From a virus (Duplodnaviria; Heunggongvirae; Uroviricota; Caudoviricetes), in IMG/VR virus record IMGVR_UViG_3300031998_000032, positions 1-44,041 of that record: 44,041 nt of DNA, one strand, 5' to 3'. A program made the position numbers and the translations under genes. The notes under the pieces were generated by a model, which was not told the origin of the DNA, searched no databases, and saw only the letters and a list, made by a program, of their open reading frames with translations. Numbering within the stretch: the first letter of the stretch is position 1; every line of letters begins with the position of its first letter. Below are positions 26,742 to 34,139 of the stretch, piece by piece.

Positions 26742-28012
26742 ATACTATGACATTTTCGACTGTTGCCTTGTATAAAGCCGCCAAAGCATCGGGCGGTACG
26801 ATATACAACGCATTGGTCAACTCAACTAAAGTAAGTGACACTGTTGTCAGCTTCATCACGGACATAGGACAGACAGCCATAGACGCGATGAATCCCATAG
26901 TGGAAGAGCCTTACGGAGAGATAGGAGACACCCTTCTCTATTGTAGCACCGACTCAAAGTTCTATTGGCTGAAATCCCGCGCAGGAATCAACGCAGGAAC
27001 GGTGGGATGCTCTTTCGCCGTCACGTCAAAGCTGACTAACTATACGATAATCGGCACTCTCATTCATAGAGTCAAGGGTGAGGGACTGATTATGTCCGAT
27101 TCTCTTGGTGGCATCCCGTGGTGTAGGACGAACTCATACAGTCAGAGCGACCAATCAACGTGGGCTATTACGTTCAGCAATATGCCTAACATACAACACG
27201 CAAAGACGAGAAAGTCAATAACAAGACATCAAGCCTATGCGAGTCTTGGATTGGATATGAGAGAGAGGTTGGGCAGTGGATATAACCAATACTCCAATCC
27301 CTTCCCAAGAAGCGCGTGGGACGCTATGATGGCCGCTTATCAGGCAGGCTCGGTCACGGCAAGCAACGCTTCTGGCGGGACGACATATGACACGTCGGCA
27401 AACTGGACTTGGAAGGTTGAGAAAGTGGCCGCAGGCGGTTCTCTTACGGGTAACACCATAAAGGCTACTTTTTCATTCAAGACATCGCAAGGCGCGAACA
27501 CGGGCTACAACCCTGCCGATTGGGATTTCAAGTTTGACCGTTGGTATAAGGATTGTATGGAGATATATTGCATCGCTCCGAACAGCTCTGCCTACGAAGG
27601 TTCTTCAACCGAGTTAAGCGGAAGGGAGAACACGAGAAGGATGCTTGAATTTATCTCCACATATAATAACGGCAAGGCTACGGCAAGTCAGATAAATGCC
27701 ACCGCGAGCGGCAACTGCGCAGTAGCCTGCGACCTGTATTATAAGATTGCTACGGACAACGCGAAGTTCGGACAACACAAATGGTGGCTTCCGAATCTGA
27801 CGGAGCTTGCTTATGCCACCACCCACGACAGAATACTTTTCAAGAAGGGTATCAACCTCGGAGGTAACTATTGGTGGAGTTCAACGCAGTATTCGCAGTA
27901 CAACGCTTTCTACGCGAACACTTACTCGGACAGCGTTATATCGAGCAACCGCATCAAGTGTAGCGGCTTTACAGTCCGCGCCGTCTCCGCTTATCAATTT
28001 CCTAATTCCTAA
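26738..28012 (+). CDS. DGR target protein with C-terminal C-type-lectin-fold variable domain
   Basis: WWLPNLTELA...NYWWSSTQYS...VRAVS is the CLec-type DGR target signature. The 3' end carries the VR. Confidence 0.88.
   Translation: MNTMTFSTVALYKAAKASGGTIYNALVNSTKVSDTVVSFITDIGQTAIDAMNPIVEEPYGEIGDTLLYCSTDSKFYWLKSRAGINAGTVGCSFAVTSKLTNYTIIGTLIHRVKGEGLIMSDSLGGIPWCRTNSYSQSDQSTWAITFSNMPNIQHAKTRKSITRHQAYASLGLDMRERLGSGYNQYSNPFPRSAWDAMMAAYQAGSVTASNASGGTTYDTSANWTWKVEKVAAGGSLTGNTIKATFSFKTSQGANTGYNPADWDFKFDRWYKDCMEIYCIAPNSSAYEGSSTELSGRENTRRMLEFISTYNNGKATASQINATASGNCAVACDLYYKIATDNAKFGQHKWWLPNLTELAYATTHDRILFKKGINLGGNYWWSSTQYSQYNAFYANTYSDSVISSNRIKCSGFTVRAVSAYQFPNS
27884..27997 (+). repeat. DGR variable repeat (VR)
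   Basis: Ungapped match to 28530-28643. The 13 differences in 27884-27990 all lie opposite TR adenines; one non-A difference at 27994/28640 lies at the 3' end. Confidence 0.95.
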
Positions 28013-28017
28013 ACCCC

Positions 28018-28043
28018 TGCTCCCGCCCCTCAAGGCGGGGGCA
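28018..28043 (+). promoter_or_regulatory. GC-rich hairpin downstream of VR (DGR target-recognition hairpin)
   Basis: TGCTCCCGCC-CCTCAA-GGCGGGGGCA: 10-bp stem with one G:T and a 6-nt loop, starting 5 nt after the target stop codon. Confidence 0.7.
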
Positions 28044-28059
28044 ATTAAACCTCAAAACT

Positions 28060-28464
28060 ATGTCAACGGGACTTGCAAGATTTAGATTCTACAAAAACTT
28101 GAAAGAAATCAAGAATCTCATAAGAAAGGAGGTCATAGAGCGTATTCCAAAGGCTCACAGGCTTCCCGATGCAATCTTCCTTAAAGAGCATTGCTCGATG
28201 ATGATAAGGCTCACTGCGGCCATTTATCTCACCGATGCGGAGGACTTGAGAACAAAGGAGGATTATGTGAATCAGATACTCTTTGAGTTGTTCCTATTGA
28301 CAGACGAGGTGGAAGAACAGGAGATAGCACATATTGTATCTCAAAGCACAGCGGCGGGCATATACATAAAGATTAGAACAGCCCAAGACGAGATAATGAA
28401 ATTCAAGAATTATCTCAAAAAGAAGTCAGATTCCGATAGTTTAAGGATTGTCGGAGAGAACTAA
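28060..28464 (+). CDS. avd: DGR accessory variability determinant (Avd-like four-helix bundle)
   Basis: 134 aa, helical, located between target and TR. IPKAHR resembles the Avd (F/I)PK..R motif. Confidence 0.7.
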   Translation: MSTGLARFRFYKNLKEIKNLIRKEVIERIPKAHRLPDAIFLKEHCSMMIRLTAAIYLTDAEDLRTKEDYVNQILFELFLLTDEVEEQEIAHIVSQSTAAGIYIKIRTAQDEIMKFKNYLKKKSDSDSLRIVGEN

Positions 28465-28475
28465 ACGAGTTATCT

Positions 28476-29810
28476 ATGATAAGGGGTGTTAACTCTCATT
28501 TAGAGTTTTGTCACTATAACACCGTTAGGACGCAGTATTCGCAGAACAACGCTTTCAACGCGAACACTAACTCGGACAACGTTATATCGAACAACAACAA
28601 CAAGTATAACGACTTAACAGTCCGCGCCGTCTCCGATTACCAAGATGATGAAGGGTTCATTCTTTTCTTTACGGGTATGCTCGCCGCTTACTATGAGTGC
28701 AGGAGAAACAAGAGAGGCTCTATAAGTGAGATACTATATGAAATCAACGCCATAATGAACACCCTCGACTTGGCCTATGACGTATATACAAAGACATACA
28801 AGGTCGGGGCGAGCATCTGTTTTCTAATCTATATCCCTACGATAAGAGAGGTCTTTGCGGCCTCATTCACGGATAGGGTGCTGCACACTTGGATTGCCTT
28901 AAGAATAGAGCCTTATCTCGAAAGATACCTTCCAGACTGTACCTATTCCAACAGAAAAGGTCGCGGCACATCGGGCGCAGTCAATGCGTTAAGGAAGATG
29001 ATAGACGAGCATCCTGATTACTGGATATGGAAATTCGACCTACAAGGATTCTTTATGTCAATAGACAAGAGAATACTATGGGGTGAGTTTGAGCCTTTCA
29101 TAAAGGACGCTTATAAGGGCGGCGATTTGGAGTATCTTGTTTACGCTACGAGGATGGCTCTGTTTAATGCCCCGCAGTTTAACGGCATCCGTATGTGTGA
29201 AGAATCCAAATGGGACGTTCTTCCTAAAAGCAAATCCCTGTTTGACAATCCTTGGTGGAAAGGCCTCCCTATAGGAGATTTGCTGTCACAGATGATGGTA
29301 GGCTTCTTCCTAAAGCCCTTTATCGACTACCTCAATTCTCTTGGATTTACCCTCATATCCCATTATGTTGACGATTTCGTGGTTATGCACGAGGATAAGG
29401 AATATATCCTTGAGTCAATCCCGAAGATAAGAATGTGGCTATGGGAGAATCGCGGGCTGACCTTGCATAAGAAGAAATCCTATCTTCAACACGCAACGAA
29501 GGGCGTGAGGTTTCTCGGCGCTGTCTTGAGGTTGAATGTTATCTTTGCGGGCGAACGTACAACGCTCAATGCTTTTGCTATGAAACTGCCGAGGTCTCTG
29601 AATAAGACTCTTCAGAAGGTCAACTCCTATCTCGGATTTTTTCGACAGTATATGACCTACGGATTGAGAAAGAAATTGGCCGAAAAATGCTTTAAGAAGT
29701 TCCATAGTAGGATATACTTCGGGAGAGCATATCTTAAAATGGTGGTGAGGAAGAAATCAAAAAGAAAACGCGCTTTGCGGAATAAGTGGTACGAGGAAAA
29801 GCAAGAATGA
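28476..29810 (+). CDS. DGR reverse transcriptase
   Basis: Motifs AYYECRRNKR, REVFAASFTDRVLH, KFDLQGFFMSIDK, GLPIGDLLSQ, catalytic YVDD and GVRFLG. An alternative in-frame start is ATG 28677, downstream of the TR. Confidence 0.95.
   Translation: MIRGVNSHLEFCHYNTVRTQYSQNNAFNANTNSDNVISNNNNKYNDLTVRAVSDYQDDEGFILFFTGMLAAYYECRRNKRGSISEILYEINAIMNTLDLAYDVYTKTYKVGASICFLIYIPTIREVFAASFTDRVLHTWIALRIEPYLERYLPDCTYSNRKGRGTSGAVNALRKMIDEHPDYWIWKFDLQGFFMSIDKRILWGEFEPFIKDAYKGGDLEYLVYATRMALFNAPQFNGIRMCEESKWDVLPKSKSLFDNPWWKGLPIGDLLSQMMVGFFLKPFIDYLNSLGFTLISHYVDDFVVMHEDKEYILESIPKIRMWLWENRGLTLHKKKSYLQHATKGVRFLGAVLRLNVIFAGERTTLNAFAMKLPRSLNKTLQKVNSYLGFFRQYMTYGLRKKLAEKCFKKFHSRIYFGRAYLKMVVRKKSKRKRALRNKWYEEKQE
28530..28643 (+). 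repeat. DGR template repeat (TR)
   Basis: Adenine-rich copy of the VR: 38 A in 28530-28636 and 11 in-frame AAC codons. Confidence 0.95.
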
Positions 29811-29811
29811 C

Positions 29812-29895
29812 TATCTTTGTAACAGCTTCCAACCTTTGAATTAGTTCAGGCATAAGGCTTGACGATAAGCGCGAGAGAAATCCCGCGCTTTTTTT
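29812..29895 (+). ncRNA. Candidate ~70-nt small RNA with its own promoter and terminator
   Basis: TATCTTTG (TAnnTTTG) at 29812-29819, no ORF, then an AAGCGCGAGA-GAAA-TCCCGCGCTT hairpin followed by five further T. Confidence 0.35.
29867..29895 (+). terminator. Intrinsic terminator downstream of the DGR
   Basis: GC-rich stem with a GAAA tetraloop, one mismatch, and a T run. Confidence 0.75.
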
Positions 29896-29898
29896 AGT

Positions 29899-29950
29899 GA
29901 ATATTTTCTTATTAAATCTAATGTTATGTCACGAATATTTTCTAATTTTG
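29899..29950 (+). promoter_or_regulatory. Promoter box with tandem 11-bp direct repeats (putative operator)
   Basis: GAATATTTTCT at 29899-29909 and 29933-29943; TAATTTTG (TAnnTTTG) at 29943-29950. Confidence 0.5.
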
Positions 29951-29958
29951 GAACCGTT

Positions 29959-30090
29959 ATGGGAAGAAAGAAAGTAGAAAATCCGAAAGTGTCGATGGCG
30001 GTATCAGTAAGACAATCGACTAAAGACCATATCCGCGATAATAACATCAACGCGGGTGAGATACTGGATAATATGTTTAAAGACAAGTGA
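29959..30090 (+). CDS. 43-aa putative ribbon-helix-helix DNA-binding protein (not in the ORF track)
   Basis: MGRKKVENPKVSMAVSVRQSTKDHIRDNNINAGEILDNMFKDK: basic N-terminus, alternating hydrophobic strand, two short helices. Confidence 0.5.
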   Translation: MGRKKVENPKVSMAVSVRQSTKDHIRDNNINAGEILDNMFKDK

Positions 30091-30091
30091 T

Positions 30092-30259
30092 ATGGAAGAA
30101 AAACCATTTACAGAACGGTGGAAAGAGAAGGTTTATATCGAAGAAAAAGAAGAGTTGAACGCAACCCATAGCCTTCTCCGTCTTATCTGGTATTGTGTAA
30201 AGGAGATAGAGATTTTAAGACAAGAGATAACGCAACTTAAAAAAAACAATTTAAATTAA
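30092..30259 (+). CDS. 55-aa protein with C-terminal coiled coil
   Basis: ATG 30092 lies 1 nt after the previous stop; ends LIWYCVKEIEILRQEITQLKKNNLN. Confidence 0.5.
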   Translation: MEEKPFTERWKEKVYIEEKEELNATHSLLRLIWYCVKEIEILRQEITQLKKNNLN

Positions 30260-30562
30260 GTGATTATGGAAAAGAAAAAGAGAATGATTAACCTGAAGGA
30301 GGTAGAAGTACCCGCTATCGACGGGACAAGTGTAAAACTTGACGTATCAAAGGACGTTGCAAGTATTACCTACAACTCAACCCAAGACCTTGAGGTCGTA
30401 GCGGCTTGTATGGACTTGTTCAAGAACGGAGAATGCGAATACTCCGATAAGGTCAAGGAGGACTTGACAAAGACCGTCAACAACCTTGTCCGTATGGTAG
30501 ACGGTGAGGCTATCCCAATGGGTATCGTGATGAAGAAAGCCATATTGGATGCAATAGGATAA
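30260..30562 (+). CDS. Conserved Bacteroidetes-phage hypothetical protein (fibre-associated type)
   Basis: INLKEVEV..IDG.....DVSKDVA...Y....DL......DLFKNGECE resembles a small gene family recalled next to fibre genes. The probable start is an internal ATG. Confidence 0.5.
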   Translation: MIMEKKKRMINLKEVEVPAIDGTSVKLDVSKDVASITYNSTQDLEVVAACMDLFKNGECEYSDKVKEDLTKTVNNLVRMVDGEAIPMGIVMKKAILDAIG

Positions 30563-30601
30563 AAACTAACTCACACTAAACCTACAAACGATTAATTAGT
30601 T

Positions 30602-30634
30602 CAGGCGCAGGTCTTCGGGCTTGCGCTTGTTTTT
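30602..30634 (+). terminator. Intrinsic terminator
   Basis: CAGGCGCAGGTC-TTCG-GGCTTGCGCTTG: 12-bp stem, UUCG loop, T5. Confidence 0.8.
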
Positions 30635-30730
30635 GGTAAAGTTTACAATAAATCAGACTTTTTTCCATCTCTCTTATAGTACGTATTTGTTTCTATGGTT
30701 TGTTTTGTACGACAAAAAAAATAACAGATC

Positions 30731-30841
30731 ATGGCAAAAACAAAAGTAAAGGTGAAAATTAAAGCGAAGCCCACCAGTGGTCGACCAAAGCCGCTCGCAA
30801 CCAAGATGGGTGTAACTGTTGACGGTAAGAAACTGCATTGA
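30731..30841 (+). CDS. 36-aa Lys-rich peptide (not in the ORF track)
   Basis: MAKTKVKVKIKAKPTSGRPKPLATKMGVTVDGKKLH; its stop overlaps the next start (TGATG). Confidence 0.55.
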   Translation: MAKTKVKVKIKAKPTSGRPKPLATKMGVTVDGKKLH

Positions 30842-31218
30842 TGAATAAGAAGATCGTTCTCATATCACTCAAGGTCGTACCTTGCGTCGGTGCGCTGAGC
30901 TGCGCCGGCAATTCACTGCTTTCGTACTTCGGCATAGATCTTACTTGGTTAGGATACGCAGTTATTATCGTCTTCATATTGTCCTGGTATTTGTTGGCGA
31001 GATATTTCCAATTTTGTTCGTTCTACTTCATGCTTCTCTATTATATCATCACCTGTGAGGCCCTGAATATAATAGACTGCAAATACCACCTTCCATTCTC
31101 GGATAAGCATATGTTCGTGCTTCATGTCTCCTTATTCGGGTTCTACGCACTCTTATATACTTACCTCCATGTCAGAGATACAAGAAAGATTAAGCAGCAT
31201 CTTACTGAAGACCGCTGA
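30841..31218 (+). CDS. Multi-pass membrane protein
   Basis: About 125 aa with three to four hydrophobic segments; ATG at 30841. Confidence 0.7.
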   Translation: MNKKIVLISLKVVPCVGALSCAGNSLLSYFGIDLTWLGYAVIIVFILSWYLLARYFQFCSFYFMLLYYIITCEALNIIDCKYHLPFSDKHMFVLHVSLFGFYALLYTYLHVRDTRKIKQHLTEDR

Positions 31219-31468
31219 CGGATTGAAAACCGGCAATACACATCTCGATGAACCCGAGATGGAATTTCTGTTGGATACGTTCAATGAGGTCACTTCTCCC
31301 GACATCAGCACCTATACCGCCATCAAGTTATCCGGATACAGCAAAAGTGAGTTCTACAAACTTGTATCTGACGGATTGTTACCCAAGGGCTATCACGTCC
31401 AAGGGTTTAAGGAAATCCGCTACAACAAAGAAAGGCTACTCAAGGCTTTGAAGAAACTCAAGTCTTAA
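31169..31468 (+). CDS. Helix-turn-helix DNA-binding protein (excisionase/AlpA-like HTH)
   Basis: ISTYTAIKLSGYSKSEFYKLVSDGLLPKG...GFKEIRY is the MerR-superfamily HTH pattern. The likely start is ATG 31169. Confidence 0.7.
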   Translation: MSEIQERLSSILLKTADGLKTGNTHLDEPEMEFLLDTFNEVTSPDISTYTAIKLSGYSKSEFYKLVSDGLLPKGYHVQGFKEIRYNKERLLKALKKLKS

Positions 31469-31495
31469 TATAAACATCCCATTATAAGCCATTTG

Positions 31496-31545
31496 CGGCG
31501 CATATCGGACTCGTTATTTTTCCGGTGTGCGCCGTTCTATTTTTG
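31496..31545 (+). promoter_or_regulatory. 14-bp hairpin followed by a -7 promoter box
   Basis: CGGCGCATATCGGA / TCCGGTGTGCGCCG (two G:T) at 31496-31534, then TATTTTTG at 31538-31545, upstream of ATG 31606. Confidence 0.55.
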
Positions 31546-31605
31546 CCATATCAATCGCGATTGTGAGAACTAAACTTAATTATTCACAAACTAACGCTAA
31601 TTTAT

Positions 31606-32490
31606 ATGGCAGAAATTTATCAGTTGCCCGAAAACGGCAACAACAACGGAAGCATTCCGTTTTCTATCCCCATTGGCATGGGTAATGGATTTGGTGGAGG
31701 TTTCGGCAGTTTCAATAGCATCGCTGACCTGTTTGGCCTTGCTATCATCGCCTCGATGTTCGGCTGGGGTAACAACGGCTTCGGCGGCTTCGGTGGATGG
31801 GGTGGCAACTCCGGTGCTGGATTCCTCTCTAACCAACTCAACAACGATTCAGGCCGTGAGCTTATCATGAACGCAATCAACTCTAATGGCGAGGCTTCAC
31901 GCACCGCTATCCAGAGTCTTGCCAATATGCTCGGCCAGGACTTCAACCTCGTGAACGGCGCTGTTCAGAACGTACAGAACGCACTTGCAACTCTCGCTTC
32001 ACAGCAGGGTATGTCAACCCTTCAGATCGTGAACGCTATCCAGAGTGGTGACGCAAGTCTTGCCTCTCAGTTCCAGAAGTGCTGCTGCGACAACCAGCTT
32101 GCCATCTGTCAGCAGACCAACGCTCTCCAATCACAGGCTGACCGTAACGCCAACTCTATCCTGAACGCCATCAACGCTCAGACAGTTGCTATGGATAATC
32201 AGTTCTGTGCCCTCAAGGAGCGTGAGCTGCAGTCTAAGATCGACACTCAGGCTGACATCATCACTCAGCTCCGCGGCCAGATTGACAACGCAAACCAGAC
32301 CAACCAGATCATCGGTTATGTCAACGGCGTCATCAGTCCTCTGCAGACCAAGCTGACTGAGATTGAGAATAAGATGCCCAACACCGTACCGGTACAGTAT
32401 CCCAACCTTATGGCAGTGAACAACACTCCTTATAGCGGTGGCTACTACGGAGGTGGCTATAACGGCTTCGGCGGTAACATCGTATTCTAA
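31606..32490 (+). CDS. Gly/Asn/Gln-rich low-complexity protein with a CCCD motif and coiled coil
   Basis: 294 aa: G/N/F-rich N-terminus, one hydrophobic helix, Q/N-rich helices, KCCCDNQ, and a YGGGYNGFGG tail. Confidence 0.85.
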   Translation: MAEIYQLPENGNNNGSIPFSIPIGMGNGFGGGFGSFNSIADLFGLAIIASMFGWGNNGFGGFGGWGGNSGAGFLSNQLNNDSGRELIMNAINSNGEASRTAIQSLANMLGQDFNLVNGAVQNVQNALATLASQQGMSTLQIVNAIQSGDASLASQFQKCCCDNQLAICQQTNALQSQADRNANSILNAINAQTVAMDNQFCALKERELQSKIDTQADIITQLRGQIDNANQTNQIIGYVNGVISPLQTKLTEIENKMPNTVPVQYPNLMAVNNTPYSGGYYGGGYNGFGGNIVF

Positions 32491-32509
32491 AGCATAAGGA
32501 GGATTGGTT

Positions 32510-32851
32510 ATGGGATGCTTTAGTATTACCACCAACGCAGGAGGAATACCTTATCTGACTACTTCCAACGTGACGGTCTCCGACACCTCGGTTGACCTCG
32601 CGCTGGGGTGGAGAAGGGATAGGCTCGCACCTGTCGGATATTTCACTGTGAGACTCGCAGATGAGATACCCGCTGGTACCACCACCACCCTGCCCGTCAC
32701 ACTCTCTCTGAACGGAGTCACACGGAACCTTACTTTGTTTGACGGCACTGCAGTGACCGTTGCAGACCTTATCGGAGGTACAGGGGCCATCCTTGTATTC
32801 AACGACAGGTTCAACAACATACTGCAGTTGATGTCTCGCACGGTAGTTTAA
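32510..32851 (+). CDS. Beta-rich hypothetical protein
   Basis: ATG 32510, preceded by TAAGGAGG (32495-32502); Thr/Val-rich strands. Confidence 0.75.
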   Translation: MGCFSITTNAGGIPYLTTSNVTVSDTSVDLALGWRRDRLAPVGYFTVRLADEIPAGTTTTLPVTLSLNGVTRNLTLFDGTAVTVADLIGGTGAILVFNDRFNNILQLMSRTVV

Positions 32852-32881
32852 CGGAGTATTAACAAACAAAAGTGATTAACA

Positions 32882-33430
32882 ATGGATTTTCAAAGTCTTG
32901 GCGCTGGTTCGCCATTTTATATCCTGAGAAAGGGCGATAAGCCCACTCTTGAACAAGGTGTAGTTAAAGAGAAAACCGCACCGCAACCAAAGTATCAGCA
33001 GCAGACACCCGGCGTTTACAACGGCATGGGTATGCAGCACGTAATAAGTATCACCGTGACTGTCAACGGCAACGACAGGGTTATTCCGGATGTGCCGGTC
33101 AACGTGGAGATAGCCGCTCGCGGCAACGAGACATTCACCGGTAGCAGGGAGGCTATGATCCAGGCTGTGGATAGCATGATACAAGCCTCTAAGAAAGCCT
33201 TGACTGAGGTTGACTATCACAAGATGATATTGACTGAGGGAGATAAGATGCTTGAAAGCCTCAATCCCAACTATAAGGAAGAGAAACTGCGGGCACAGTC
33301 CATTATCGCACTGCAGGAAAAGAGTAACGCCCAGGACAAGCGTCTGGCGACCCTTGAACAGCAGAGTGCTGAGATGCTTAATATCTTGAGGGAACTGAAT
33401 GGCGGGCCGGCCAAGACAGCGAAAAACTAA
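32882..33430 (+). CDS. Hypothetical protein with beta N-domain and C-terminal coiled coil
   Basis: 182 aa; heptad pattern in QEKSNAQDKRLATLEQQSAEMLNILREL. Confidence 0.75.
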   Translation: MDFQSLGAGSPFYILRKGDKPTLEQGVVKEKTAPQPKYQQQTPGVYNGMGMQHVISITVTVNGNDRVIPDVPVNVEIAARGNETFTGSREAMIQAVDSMIQASKKALTEVDYHKMILTEGDKMLESLNPNYKEEKLRAQSIIALQEKSNAQDKRLATLEQQSAEMLNILRELNGGPAKTAKN

Positions 33431-33444
33431 AAACCCTTACTACA

Positions 33445-33663
33445 ATGAGTTGGATTTTTGTTGACAAGGAGAGCGAAGGCTCAAAAGAGCAGATGCGCTC
33501 ACAGATGCGCCGCAATATGCGCGGTGGTTATCGTAGCGGTGGCAGTTATCGTGAGGATTACAACGATGGCTATCGCCAGGGTTACAAGCACGGTTATGAG
33601 GATGGTGAGGAGGACGAGATGGAAATGCGTCGTTCTCGCGACTCTCGCGGCCGTTTCATGTAA
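33445..33663 (+). CDS. Small Arg/Gly/Tyr-rich disordered protein
   Basis: 72 aa with RGGYRSGGSY, GYxxGYxxGY repeats and an RRSRDSRGRFM end. Confidence 0.7.
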   Translation: MSWIFVDKESEGSKEQMRSQMRRNMRGGYRSGGSYREDYNDGYRQGYKHGYEDGEEDEMEMRRSRDSRGRFM

Positions 33664-33669
33664 GAATTT

Positions 33670-33699
33670 GGGGCAGGGTGTAATGCCTTGCCCCTTTTT
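33670..33699 (+). terminator. Intrinsic terminator
   Basis: GGGGCAGGG-loop-CCTTGCCCC followed by TTTTT. Confidence 0.7.
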
Positions 33700-33723
33700 A
33701 TAAACCATAAATACTTATAAGAA

Positions 33724-34122
33724 ATGAAACAATACATAAGCAAGGGAGAGGCAATCTACCAAGATGAGAACCACGGCCTCTTCAGTAAGAGATTGGCTGA
33801 ATGGGCCATCGGTATGATGGAATCCAAGGACCCAGATACAGGTAAAGCAAAACCTGTCAAGATGCGTACCGTTGATGAGGTGAAATCTGTCCTCAAGGAA
33901 AATGGCGTGGTACTTCCTGACGAGTTCATATATACCGCATGGTATCTGTTTATGATGGCCATAGCGGATTACCCCAAGACACTCAAGACAGATGCCGACA
34001 GAGCTTCTTTTGTAGAAGAGACCATCTGTGATCCCGACGGTTGCCCGGAGAATGTTCTGAGTTGCTTTGCGGCTAAGATGTGCAATGCCGGAGAGCCTAT
34101 CTATTGGGAATTGTACCTGTAA
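33724..34122 (+). CDS. Hypothetical helical protein
   Basis: 132-aa ORF with an AT-rich start context; family not recognised with confidence. Confidence 0.7.
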   Translation: MKQYISKGEAIYQDENHGLFSKRLAEWAIGMMESKDPDTGKAKPVKMRTVDEVKSVLKENGVVLPDEFIYTAWYLFMMAIADYPKTLKTDADRASFVEETICDPDGCPENVLSCFAAKMCNAGEPIYWELYL

Positions 34123-34139
34123 TCCAAAATTCCACGGTT

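Larger units (their letters stand above)
26738..29810 (+). mobile_element. Diversity-generating retroelement cassette (target-VR-hairpin-avd-TR-RT)
   Basis: All canonical components are present in order, with adenine-specific VR/TR divergence. Confidence 0.95.

Noticed and set aside
28586-28610. AAC tandem run that could look like a microsatellite or array
   Set aside because: It is the Asn-codon core of the DGR template repeat; there is no repeat-spacer structure.
28476-29810. RT as a group II intron, retron or Abi-type enzyme
   Set aside because: The adjacent TR/VR pair with A-specific differences, an avd-like gene and DGR-type motifs explain it; no maturase or endonuclease extension or intron boundaries were seen.
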